NCBI GenBank assembly: GCA_002380945.1
Contig: DFWO01000190.1
Coordinates: 820-64,819, forward strand
Direction of reading: 5' to 3'
DNA: 64,000 bases
Source: Methylococcaceae bacterium UBA4132
GTDB lineage: Bacteria; Pseudomonadota; Gammaproteobacteria; Methylococcales; Methylomonadaceae
The notes beneath the pieces were generated by a model, which was not told where the DNA came from, made no database searches, and was given only the letters and a program-made list of their open reading frames with translations. Positions 11,280 to 20,091 of this stretch are shown here, one piece after another. Each line of letters opens with the position of its first letter. The first letter of the stretch is position 1. The translations under genes and the position numbers were made by a program.

Positions 11280-11951
11280 ATGATAGAGCTACACGGTATT
11301 AGAAAAGTTTTCAATGCAGGCAATCCGAGTGAATTTACCGCCATTAACGGTGCTAATTTACAAATTGCTGAAAACCAAATCACAGTGTTAAAAGGACCTA
11401 GCGGTTCTGGCAAAACCACGCTATTAAGCATAGTGGGGTGTATGAGTAGACCGACAGCAGGGCGCGTACATTTAAACGGGCGAGAAATTACCAGTTTACC
11501 TGAGCGTTTTTTAACTGATATTCGTCGTAAAACCTTTGGTTTTATTTTTCAACAACCTAATCTGATTAAAGGTATTTCGGTATTAGAAAATGTGATGTTG
11601 CCCGCTTATCCGCTAGGCGAAAAGCGTTCACAGTTGAGAATAAAGGCATTGGCAGGACTGGATGAGCTGAATATAGGTAACAAATCACATTCCAACGTGG
11701 AATGGCTATCGGGCGGTGAAGCGCAACGGGCTTCTATTGTGCGTGCCTTGATTAATAACCCGTCCATTATTATTGCTGATGAACCCACCGCGCATTTGGA
11801 CAGTAAATTATCGTATCGCTTCATGGAAATCATCGAAAAATTTAAAGCCGAAGGTAAAACCGTGATTATCACTAGCCATGATCCGTTGGTTTACGATGCG
11901 GCTATCGTAGACAGAGTAATTACCATGCGTGATGGGCAAATTGAGGTTTAA
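11280..11951 (+). CDS. ABC transporter ATP-binding protein (LolD/MacB-type)
   Basis: Walker A GPSGSGKTT, signature LSGGEAQR, Walker B IIIADEPT. Confidence 0.92.
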   Translation: MIELHGIRKVFNAGNPSEFTAINGANLQIAENQITVLKGPSGSGKTTLLSIVGCMSRPTAGRVHLNGREITSLPERFLTDIRRKTFGFIFQQPNLIKGISVLENVMLPAYPLGEKRSQLRIKALAGLDELNIGNKSHSNVEWLSGGEAQRASIVRALINNPSIIIADEPTAHLDSKLSYRFMEIIEKFKAEGKTVIITSHDPLVYDAAIVDRVITMRDGQIEV

Positions 11952-11956
11952 ACAAC

Positions 11957-12952
11957 ATGGTTCTGCATCCTACCGTCATTGCTAATTTGTTAGCGGCTTA
12001 TATTGCCAGCTTTATGTTGGTTTATGCGGCGTTTTATGGGGCGCAAATACTGAAATATTGGAATATTCAAAGCGGTGAGGAATTACAGCTTATTCTGGAA
12101 CGTAAAACGTATTTAATCTCCACGTTATTGGGTTATACCTTCGGGTTGCAACTGTTATCGTTGTTTTTGTATATCTTTACTGCTGATAGTTTAACGCCGT
12201 TATTTGTTGGCGCGATGTGTGCGGCGGGTACGTTAAATGTCAGTCATTTTGGTTATAGTGTGCTGGTATTGAAAATCCTCAATTTCATACTGGCAGGATT
12301 GTGGTTAGTTTTGAATTATGCCGACAATCAGGGTTATGACTATCCGCTAATTAAAAAAAAGTACCTACTATTAGCCATTATCGCACCCTTTATTGTGATT
12401 GAGACGCTATTGGAAAGTGCTTATTTTCTAGGCATGAGAGCCGATGTCATTACCTCTTGCTGTGGTAGCTTGTTTAGCAGTGAAAATGCCGCAGGCTTAG
12501 GTTCAGAAATCGCTTCTTTACCTGCTCTGCCGATGTTATGGACTTTTTATGGTGTGATGTTCTGCACCTTAGCGACTGGGCTATATTTTTATATCAAGGG
12601 TAAAGGCGGCTATTGTTATGCGGTACTGAGCCTAGTGATGTTTATTATCGCGCTGGTTTCGGTGGTGTCTTTTATCTCGCTGTATATCTATGAATTGCCC
12701 ACGCATCATTGTCCTTTCTGCATCATCATGGAAGATTATCACTACATCGGTTATTTGCTGTATTTACTATTATTTGGCGCGGTTGTATCGGGTATTGGCG
12801 TAGGTATATTGCTACCTTTTCGGCAAGTAGACAGTCTTAAATTTATGTTGACTGGTTTTATCGGCAAACTCGCACTCAGCTCGGTGCTGTTGTATCTGGC
12901 GTTTACTGCCTTAGTCAGCTATCAAATCGTTTTTTCTAATCTAATTATGTGA
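11957..12952 (+). CDS. Cys-rich polytopic membrane protein of unknown family (about 8 TM)
   Basis: Hydrophobic throughout. Cys motifs GAMCAAGT, ITSCCGS, THHCPFC. Lies 5 nt after the ATPase gene and overlaps the next gene. Confidence 0.7.
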   Translation: MVLHPTVIANLLAAYIASFMLVYAAFYGAQILKYWNIQSGEELQLILERKTYLISTLLGYTFGLQLLSLFLYIFTADSLTPLFVGAMCAAGTLNVSHFGYSVLVLKILNFILAGLWLVLNYADNQGYDYPLIKKKYLLLAIIAPFIVIETLLESAYFLGMRADVITSCCGSLFSSENAAGLGSEIASLPALPMLWTFYGVMFCTLATGLYFYIKGKGGYCYAVLSLVMFIIALVSVVSFISLYIYELPTHHCPFCIIMEDYHYIGYLLYLLLFGAVVSGIGVGILLPFRQVDSLKFMLTGFIGKLALSSVLLYLAFTALVSYQIVFSNLIM

Positions 12953-13449
12953 TGACGACCATGAAAACTCATACAACACGCTACTTGGCACTGTTTATCC
13001 TGCTTCTTAGTATCAATGTCAGCTACGGCGATGAACCCACCATAGAAATTAAAAAAACCGACCGCTGCCCTGTCTGCGGAATGTTTGTTTATAAATATCC
13101 CAAGTGGGTGGCACAAATTATCTTTCAGGATGGCGGGTATTATTTTTATGACGGGGCGAAAGATATGTTTAAGCATTATTTCGACACCGCAAAATACACG
13201 GCTGGCAAATCGGCGGCAAGCATTAAAAATATCTATGTCACTGATTATTACGATGTGGAATTGATAGATGGAAAAACCGCTTTTTATGTGTTGGGTTCAG
13301 ACATATTAGGTCCTATGGGGCATGAATTATTGCCGTTTAAGAATAAGGAATCAGCACAGGAATTTTTAGAAGATCATCAAGGCAAAAGCATTGTTAATTT
13401 TACAGATGTAACGCCAGCCATGATTGAATCGTTGGATAAGCGGCAATGA
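12949..13449 (+). CDS. nosL: NosL-family periplasmic copper-chaperone-like protein
   Basis: Signal peptide. DRCPVCGMFV...YVTDYY...YVLGSDILGPMGHELLPF...A.EF pattern parallels the NosL pattern CHVCGM...YVHDM...YVVGS..GAMG. Confidence 0.8.
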   Translation: MMTTMKTHTTRYLALFILLLSINVSYGDEPTIEIKKTDRCPVCGMFVYKYPKWVAQIIFQDGGYYFYDGAKDMFKHYFDTAKYTAGKSAASIKNIYVTDYYDVELIDGKTAFYVLGSDILGPMGHELLPFKNKESAQEFLEDHQGKSIVNFTDVTPAMIESLDKRQ

Positions 13450-13937
13450 AAATCGTATTACTGCTAATGGCTATACTAATCGGTGCTTGCCATCAGCAAA
13501 CGGGCTTACAAGTTGGTGATGAAATACCCAAGGTCACGCTGAGCGACAGACAAGGAAAAACGCTGAATTTGCCCAAGGATATGCAGGGTAAAGTGGTGTT
13601 GCTGCATTTTTGGAATATGGATTGTCATTTTTGTGATAAAAAAAATCTGTTGTTGTTAGAACCGCTGTACCAAAAATATAAAGCGCAGGCTTTTGTTCCC
13701 ATTGCCGTTAATGTCGGACTTGTCGATAAAAACGATGAACGTTGGAAAGAGTTTGCGGGCTTAACATATCCGATGTTAGTCGATGAGCGCGGTCTGATTG
13801 CCAAACAATTTAACGTGATTGGTTTGCCAACCACGTTTGTTATTGACGGCAAAGGCATTATGCAGAAAAAACTGACGGGTGAAGCACCAATTGACGAATA
13901 TGAAAAACTTTTTAGTTCAATTTTGATAAGGAGATGA
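13446..13937 (+). CDS. TlpA/ResA-like thioredoxin-fold lipoprotein with an atypical CHFC active site
   Basis: Lipobox LIGAC. HFWNMDCHFC sits in the canonical FWxxWCxxC position. GLPTTFVID cis-Pro loop. ATGA overlap with nosL. Confidence 0.8.
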   Translation: MKIVLLLMAILIGACHQQTGLQVGDEIPKVTLSDRQGKTLNLPKDMQGKVVLLHFWNMDCHFCDKKNLLLLEPLYQKYKAQAFVPIAVNVGLVDKNDERWKEFAGLTYPMLVDERGLIAKQFNVIGLPTTFVIDGKGIMQKKLTGEAPIDEYEKLFSSILIRR

Positions 13938-15331
13938 CAATGAAAACACAATCTAAATTGTGGTTGCTACTTGTACTATTCCCGCTTTTTCTAGTGTCGA
14001 GTCAGGTAGCAGCAGAAGAACGAGCGAGTTGTCGGGTTTGTGGTATGTATATTGATCAATACCAAAAAACCGCAGCTGAATTAACTTATAACGATGGTAA
14101 AAAAGAATACACTTGTGGCGTTGCTTGTATGTTACGCGAAGTTGAAGAGGAGGGAGGTATCTCCGCTTTTAAATCGGTAAAAGTCCATGACTGGGTGTCT
14201 GGCAAATTAGTGAATGCTGAAACAGCCACTTATGTGATGGGCAGTAAAGTTATTCCCGACATGGTACCTAACTACATCGCATTTGCTAATCGTGATGAAG
14301 CAGAAGCCTTTGTCGCAAAAGAAGGCGGTGAAATTATCGACTTTAATATCGCTTATCAAGACGTGTCGCCCGTTGGTACCACCGCGCCGTTTCGTTTACG
14401 CACCGCAGTCACTCCAGGTAAAGGCAACTTTAGCGTCGGTATGGTCTATGGCTATAATGAAAAAGATCGTATTAAAAACGGTTCTAATGGCATAAATCCT
14501 AATACGTTTATGAACAATAACGCCGCACAACCTAAAGCACCTAAGCAAATGGTGGTAAATCAACAAGCCTTGACGTTTAACTATTCACCGACCGATGACC
14601 TCGCATTATTTATGAACGTACCTTGGTTTGAAAAACAGATGAATACGCTGGTGCGGACTGGTAAACAGATTAATGATACGTCCGCAGAAAAAAATGGCAT
14701 AGGCGATATTACTTTAGAAGGTCGCTATAACGTTTGGCGTAGTACGCGTTGGGATAAATTTGCGACTGTGCTGTTAGGCACATCATTGCCTTCAGGTCAC
14801 TTTGATGGTAATCGGGATTCATCAGGCGCACTTCAAGCCCCTGGATTACAGTTAGGTAAGGGTGTCGCAACTTTTACGGGCGGTCTTTTATATTCGGAAC
14901 GCTGGAAAGATTGGTGGTTGCACACGTCTGCACTTTATACCGTCAATCCTGAAAACAGCGATGATTTTGCCTTCGGTGATGTTGCCTCAGTCGGTATGGC
15001 TTTACACTACACACCAAACTATGACTGGATGGTCGGTGTTGAAATGGATGCCAGCTACACAGAGAAAAATCAAGACAAGGGCATCAAAGTAGGCAACAGT
15101 GGTGGTACGGCGGTTAATCTAGCGTTTGTTTCCGACTATCGTTTTCTCAACGCGTTAGGCGGCAATTTTAAATTGCGCGGCTCGATTGGTCTGCCAGTTT
15201 ATGAGAATTTGAACTCCAATCCGATGGTGAACGCAAAGAAACAACCGTTTACCCAAGTTCAACTGGGTGATGGTTTTTTTGCTAATGTCGCGCTAGTGTG
15301 GACGTTCCGTGACGCACCAGAAAGTTATTAA
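13934..15331 (+). CDS. Fusion of an N-terminal NosL-like domain to a C-terminal outer-membrane beta-barrel (MetA/phenol-degradation-like)
   Basis: Signal peptide. CRVCGMYI...CGVAC...YVMGSKV...AFANRDEAEAF (NosL-like). About 300 aa of alternating amphipathic strands with aromatic girdle residues follow. ATGA overlap upstream. Confidence 0.7.
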   Translation: MTMKTQSKLWLLLVLFPLFLVSSQVAAEERASCRVCGMYIDQYQKTAAELTYNDGKKEYTCGVACMLREVEEEGGISAFKSVKVHDWVSGKLVNAETATYVMGSKVIPDMVPNYIAFANRDEAEAFVAKEGGEIIDFNIAYQDVSPVGTTAPFRLRTAVTPGKGNFSVGMVYGYNEKDRIKNGSNGINPNTFMNNNAAQPKAPKQMVVNQQALTFNYSPTDDLALFMNVPWFEKQMNTLVRTGKQINDTSAEKNGIGDITLEGRYNVWRSTRWDKFATVLLGTSLPSGHFDGNRDSSGALQAPGLQLGKGVATFTGGLLYSERWKDWWLHTSALYTVNPENSDDFAFGDVASVGMALHYTPNYDWMVGVEMDASYTEKNQDKGIKVGNSGGTAVNLAFVSDYRFLNALGGNFKLRGSIGLPVYENLNSNPMVNAKKQPFTQVQLGDGFFANVALVWTFRDAPESY

Positions 15332-15341
15332 TTAACTTAAA

Positions 15342-15376
15342 CTTCCGAGGTTTTAAAAGCCTCGGAGGTTTATTCT
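15342..15376 (+). terminator. Rho-independent terminator closing the copper operon
   Basis: CTTCCGAGG-ttttaaaag-CCTCGGAGG hairpin followed by TTTATTCTT. Confidence 0.7.
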
Positions 15377-15392
15377 TAAAGGATTATTTTTT

Positions 15393-15848
15393 ATGCGTAA
15401 GCTAAACACATTAAATATTTTATTGGTTCTGATTTGTTGCTTAGCGACATTGGCTTATGCAGACGATTCACAAGAACCGTTACCACCTGATGAGGCGTTT
15501 GCTTTGACCGCTACAGTGCCATCAAGCGATATGCTACGGCTGAGTTGGCAAATCGCTGACGGCTATTATTTGTATCAACACAAATTCGCTATTAGCTCAC
15601 AAACTCCGACTATAAACCTTGCTAAACCGTCTTTTCCTGCCGCAGAAAATAAAAATGATCCATTTTTTGGCACGGTAGCGATTTATCGTCAGCAGCTTAC
15701 ACTGGATATCCCATTAAAACGGCAAGCGGCAACAGACAATTCTGTGACCATAGACGTGACTTTTCAAGGTTGTGCGGATAAAGGAATTTGTTACTTGCCC
15801 ATTCATAAAACCATGAGCTTTGATTTAGCGAATAATGACACCCACTAA
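15393..15848 (+). CDS. Stand-alone DsbD N-terminal (alpha) domain protein
   Basis: Signal peptide. PPDEAFALTA...WQIADGYYLYQHKF...FQGCADKGICYLP matches the DsbD-alpha fold signature with its Cys pair. No beta or gamma domain follows. Confidence 0.75.
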   Translation: MRKLNTLNILLVLICCLATLAYADDSQEPLPPDEAFALTATVPSSDMLRLSWQIADGYYLYQHKFAISSQTPTINLAKPSFPAAENKNDPFFGTVAIYRQQLTLDIPLKRQAATDNSVTIDVTFQGCADKGICYLPIHKTMSFDLANNDTH

Positions 15849-15864
15849 AATTGAACAGCTTTTA

Positions 15865-17130
15865 TTATACGTCTTCCATCTTTACAGAACTTAATAAACC
15901 CAAGTGTTTAGCATCAATTTCAATTAGCAATTCACTTGCACCAAAATCGTCGATTTTTTCCTCTAAAATTTGCGCACAAGCAGATAGTTTTGCGCGAATA
16001 TCACCTTGATTAGCATTTAAGTAACAGCGTTTTTTAAGTTTAGAACTGGCAAATTGTTCCGTTAGCACTTGATAAAGTAACTCAAGTCCCAGCCCTGTTT
16101 CAGCCGAAATCCAAACGCGTATCGCATTACCTGCATCGTCACGATCAATATGCGGCTGAACATTTTCCAATAAATCAATTTTATTAAACACTTCTACACG
16201 CCTGATTTTATCCGCACCTATTTCTTCCAAAACCAAATGAACTTGGTGCATGATTTCATCACGATCTTCAGCATTGGCATCAATAACGTGTAGTAATAAT
16301 TCGGCTTCACTGGCTTCTTGCAAGGTTGATTTGAATGCCGCAACTAATTCATGCGGTAAATGACGAATAAAACCGACCGTATCAGCTAACACAATGTCGG
16401 TATTATTGGGCAACACACAACTGCGTAACGTCGGATCTAAGGTAGCGAATAATTGATCTGCAACATAAATCCCCGCGCCTGTTATCGTGTTGAATAGTGT
16501 TGATTTGCCCGCATTGGTATAACCGACTAAGGAAACCGTCGGCACTTCGGCTTTTTTGCGTTGACTACGCCCTTGATGACGTTGCTTATCGACTTTATCC
16601 AAGCGTTGCTGAATTTGCTTAATGCGTACGGCTAATAAACGGCGATCGGTTTCTAATTGGGTTTCGCCAGGACCGCGTAAACCAATACCGCCTTTTTGCC
16701 GTTCCAAATGCGTCCAACCGCGTACTAAGCGTGTGGATAAGTGCTTTAATTGTGCTAATTCAACTTGTAATTTACCTTCAAACGATTGAGCGCGTTGGGC
16801 GAAAATATCCAGAATTAAACCGTTTCTATCCACCACCCGTACGCCTAAAAATTTTTCCAGATTTCTTTCCTGACTGGGCGATAACGGATGATTGAACAAC
16901 ACCACATCGGCTTCATATTGTTCAATCATGGCTTTAAGTTCGTCTAGTTTGCCTATGCCGATAAAATATTTGGGATCAGGACGTTGACGGCTACCTGTGA
17001 CAACATAAACAGGATCAGTGCCAGCGGATTTAGCTAACTCTTTTAATTCAAAAAGATTTTCCTGTTCATAACGAAAGCTTATGTGAACGAGAATCGCTCG
17101 TTCACCTGAATCGGGGGGGCGATCAAACAC
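15865..17130 (-). CDS. hflX: GTPase HflX
   Basis: G1 GYTNAGKSTLFN, G3 DTVGF, G4 NKID. The GTG at 17130 has a GGAG 6 nt upstream. The ORF track's alternative GTG is at 17142. Confidence 0.9.
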   Translation of the reverse strand: MFDRPPDSGERAILVHISFRYEQENLFELKELAKSAGTDPVYVVTGSRQRPDPKYFIGIGKLDELKAMIEQYEADVVLFNHPLSPSQERNLEKFLGVRVVDRNGLILDIFAQRAQSFEGKLQVELAQLKHLSTRLVRGWTHLERQKGGIGLRGPGETQLETDRRLLAVRIKQIQQRLDKVDKQRHQGRSQRKKAEVPTVSLVGYTNAGKSTLFNTITGAGIYVADQLFATLDPTLRSCVLPNNTDIVLADTVGFIRHLPHELVAAFKSTLQEASEAELLLHVIDANAEDRDEIMHQVHLVLEEIGADKIRRVEVFNKIDLLENVQPHIDRDDAGNAIRVWISAETGLGLELLYQVLTEQFASSKLKKRCYLNANQGDIRAKLSACAQILEEKIDDFGASELLIEIDAKHLGLLSSVKMEDV

Positions 17131-17273
17131 ACAACACTCCACTACGGTAATTAGTTAAGCGCGTTAACGCGCTTTTAATAGGTTTTACTGGCTTTTTAAA
17201 CGAGCGAAGACGGTTAGGCAAAAAAGTCTGCTATGGTCTGATACTGGGGTATTTTTAGACAAATCAAGCGTGC

Positions 17274-17513
17274 TTATTCTTCGCTGGTTTCATCATCACG
17301 CGTGATTTTTACGGCCTTACTAGGCACTATCGTTGAGATAGCGTGCTTATAGACCATTTGGCTAACGGTATTTTTTAGCATAATGACATACTGATCAAAC
17401 GAATCGACTTTCCCCTGCAACTTTATGCCGTTAACAAGAAAAATTGACACAGGTGTATGTTCTTTTCTAAGTGCATTTAGAAAATTATCCTGTAAATTTT
17501 GACCTTTTGACAT
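17274..17513 (-). CDS. hfq: RNA chaperone Hfq
   Basis: [73 protein letters not shown] upstream of the ATG at 17513. The longer ORF-track extension is not supported. Confidence 0.95.
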   Translation of the reverse strand: MSKGQNLQDNFLNALRKEHTPVSIFLVNGIKLQGKVDSFDQYVIMLKNTVSQMVYKHAISTIVPSKAVKITRDDETSEE

Positions 17514-17711
17514 CCGATTTCTCCTTATTGTTGGTTTTTGTTTGCTTAAGATAACTGCAATTAACGACCAATACAAATTATTATCATGGCTTCTATTTGA
17601 GTAATGTAAAGCAGGTATGGCTACGCAACCCATAAAAATCAATGGCAAGGCATATTTTTCTATTTTTTAATAATAGGCATGGGACGTGCTACTGCTATTT
17701 TTATTACGAAA

Positions 17712-17758
17712 ACACTATATATTGTGCTATTATGAAAAAAAATATCTACATATAGACA
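17712..17758 (+). promoter_or_regulatory. Tandem NrdR-box-like operators upstream of nrdJa
   Basis: ACACTATATATTGTGC (17712-17727) matches 15 of 16 positions of the palindrome ACACwATATATwGTGT. A weaker second box has core CTACATATAG (17746-17755). The two cores are offset by 31 bp. Confidence 0.6.
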
Positions 17759-17839
17759 TTAATCGGTAATTGCCTAACATCGCTAACCTGCTGATTTATG
17801 GTTTATTTTCACATAAAAACTGCTTAGGAAAATTCATCA

Positions 17840-19990
17840 ATGACTGCACAACTTCATGTCATCGCCAATACTGTGACCGAAATTCCCTTTCAAGATGCTT
17901 CAATGGATATATGGGATACCAAATATCGCTTAAAAACTAAGGACGGTGTGGCTATTGATGGTACGATTGATGAAACCTACCAGCGCGTTGCCAAAGCCCT
18001 CGCCGAAGTTGAAATAACCGAAGCCAAACAAAAGCAATACTACAAAGAATTTCTATGGGCATTACGTCAAGGCGTAATTCCGGCAGGTCGTATTATCTCC
18101 AATGCGGGTGCATTAGCTCATAAGCCCTCAACCTCAACCATCAACTGCACTGTGTCAGGCACTATCGCTGATTCGATGGACGATATATTGCATAAAGTGC
18201 ATGAAGCGGGACTCACATTAAAAGCTGGATGCGGAATCGGTTATGAATTTTCCACCCTAAGACCCAAAGATGCTTATGTTTCAGGCGCAGGTGCATACAC
18301 CTCTGGTCCGCTGTCATTCATGGATATTTACGACAAAATGTGTTTCACCGTGTCATCCGCAGGTGGCAGACGGGGCGCACAAATGGCAACCTTTGATGTC
18401 GCTCACCCTGATGTCGTGGAATTTATCCGTGCCAAACGTGAAGATGGTCGCTTACGTCAATTCAATTTATCGCTGTTGATTACCTCTGAATTTATGCAGG
18501 CGGTTAAAAATGACCTGCCGTGGGCATTGTCGTTTCCTGTCACAGAAAAAGAAGTGCTGTTAGACAAACTGGATTTGCAAGACAGTAGCACAATCGTCTG
18601 GCGTGATGTCCCCAGCATAGAAAATTACATTCTCAACGAAGCAGGTTTAGTGGCGTGTAAAATCACCAAAACCATACCCGCTCGTCGTCTTTGGGACATC
18701 ATCATGAGTTCCACTTACGATTACGCTGAACCAGGTTTTATCTTGATTGATAAAGTCAACGAGATGAACAACAACTGGTTTTGTGAAAAAATCCGTGCCA
18801 CTAACCCATGTGGCGAACAGCCATTGCCGCCTTACGGGTCGTGCCTTCTTGGCTCAATCAACCTAACCCGCTTCGTCAAAAAGCCCTTCACCAGTGAAGC
18901 GTATTTTGATTGGGACAACTACAAAAAAACCATTCGTATTTTTACGCGTATGTTAGACAACGTGGTAGAAATTAACGGCTTACCGTTAGAAAAACAACGG
19001 GAAGAAATTACCAGCAAACGCCGTCATGGCATGGGCTATTTAGGCTTAGGCTCAACTGTCACCATGTTGGGAATGCGTTATGGCGATAGCCACTCCGTGC
19101 AGTTTACCGAAGACGTGACCAAAATTTTAGCCATCGAAGGTTGGAAAGAAGGCTTAACACTGGCAAAAGAAAAAGGCGCGGCTCCGATTATGGAACAGCT
19201 TTTTACCGTCACCACCGCCATGCTACATCAACGCCCTGAAATGATTACCGACGGCTACAAAGTCGGCGATACCATTGCAGGCAAAGTCTTACACGCCAAA
19301 TACAGCCGCTATATGCAGCAACTGGCAAAAGAAGAACCTGAATTAGTGGCTGAATTGATTGAAACAGGCGCACGTTTTACCCATCACAGCTCAATTGCCC
19401 CAACTGGCACAATTTCCTTATCCTTGGCAAATAATGCCAGCAACGGCATAGAACCCAGTTTTGCCCATCACTATGCGCGTAACATCATTCGCCAAGGCAA
19501 AAAATCCAAAGAAAAAATCGACGTGTTTTCCTTTGAACTATTAGCCTACCGTGAAATGGTCAATCCAGATGCTATGCCCTACAGCGACAACCCTGCACAC
19601 CAACTGCCCGCTTACTTTATCGCGGCGGATGATGTCACGCCCAAACAACACGTTGACATCCAAGCGGCGGCACAACGTTGGATAGACTCCTCCATCTCCA
19701 AAACTGCCAACGTACCCACCGATTTTCCTTACGAAGATTTTAAAGACATCTACCAATACGCCTACGACAAAGGCTTAAAAGGCTGCACCACCTTCCGATT
19801 TAACCCCGAAGTTTTCCAAGGCGTATTAGTCAAAGCCTCAGATCTAGAAAACACCACCTACCAATTCACCCTAGAAGACGGCGAAATCATCGAACTCAAA
19901 GGCAACGAAGAAATCGAATATGACGGCGAAATCCACAGTGCGGCGAACTTGTTTGATGCGTTGAAAGAAGGGTATTACGGAAAACTGTAA
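17840..19990 (+). CDS. nrdJa: Class II (adenosylcobalamin-dependent) ribonucleotide reductase, large N-terminal part (NrdJa)
   Basis: Active-site region TNPCGEQPLPPYGSCLLGSINL. 716 aa, lacking the C-terminal Cys-rich tail. Confidence 0.9.
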   Translation: MTAQLHVIANTVTEIPFQDASMDIWDTKYRLKTKDGVAIDGTIDETYQRVAKALAEVEITEAKQKQYYKEFLWALRQGVIPAGRIISNAGALAHKPSTSTINCTVSGTIADSMDDILHKVHEAGLTLKAGCGIGYEFSTLRPKDAYVSGAGAYTSGPLSFMDIYDKMCFTVSSAGGRRGAQMATFDVAHPDVVEFIRAKREDGRLRQFNLSLLITSEFMQAVKNDLPWALSFPVTEKEVLLDKLDLQDSSTIVWRDVPSIENYILNEAGLVACKITKTIPARRLWDIIMSSTYDYAEPGFILIDKVNEMNNNWFCEKIRATNPCGEQPLPPYGSCLLGSINLTRFVKKPFTSEAYFDWDNYKKTIRIFTRMLDNVVEINGLPLEKQREEITSKRRHGMGYLGLGSTVTMLGMRYGDSHSVQFTEDVTKILAIEGWKEGLTLAKEKGAAPIMEQLFTVTTAMLHQRPEMITDGYKVGDTIAGKVLHAKYSRYMQQLAKEEPELVAELIETGARFTHHSSIAPTGTISLSLANNASNGIEPSFAHHYARNIIRQGKKSKEKIDVFSFELLAYREMVNPDAMPYSDNPAHQLPAYFIAADDVTPKQHVDIQAAAQRWIDSSISKTANVPTDFPYEDFKDIYQYAYDKGLKGCTTFRFNPEVFQGVLVKASDLENTTYQFTLEDGEIIELKGNEEIEYDGEIHSAANLFDALKEGYYGKL

Positions 19991-20091
19991 AGACCTTACA
20001 TCACAACGTTTTTATACAAATTGTTTAGTTAAACAAGATTTTATATGGTGGTTGATTGTTTAAGAATTTGGTTTCAATTAAGAGGTGTTAA

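Noticed and set aside
12949-15331. Nitrous-oxide reductase (nos) cluster, suggested by the two NosL-like domains
   Set aside because: No nosZ, nosR, nosD or NosF/NosY-type (ABC-2) genes are in the window. The ABC system present is FtsX/MacB-type, so the NosL domains are treated as generic Cu chaperone modules.
17157-17174. Perfect palindrome AAGCGCGTTAACGCGCTT between hfq and hflX, considered as a terminator
   Set aside because: The T-run follows it only on the plus strand, whereas both genes are on the minus strand. It may be an RNA-processing or protein-binding site, but a terminator call is not supported.
17514-17648. 45-aa N-terminal extension of hfq in the ORF track
   Set aside because: Hfq conservation starts at MSKGQNLQD, with a GGAGAA RBS. 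The extension is hydrophobic nonsense.
17649-17839. Cobalamin riboswitch upstream of the B12-dependent nrdJa
   Set aside because: I saw no B12-box-like GCCACTG core or extended conserved stems. The region instead contains NrdR-box-like palindromes.
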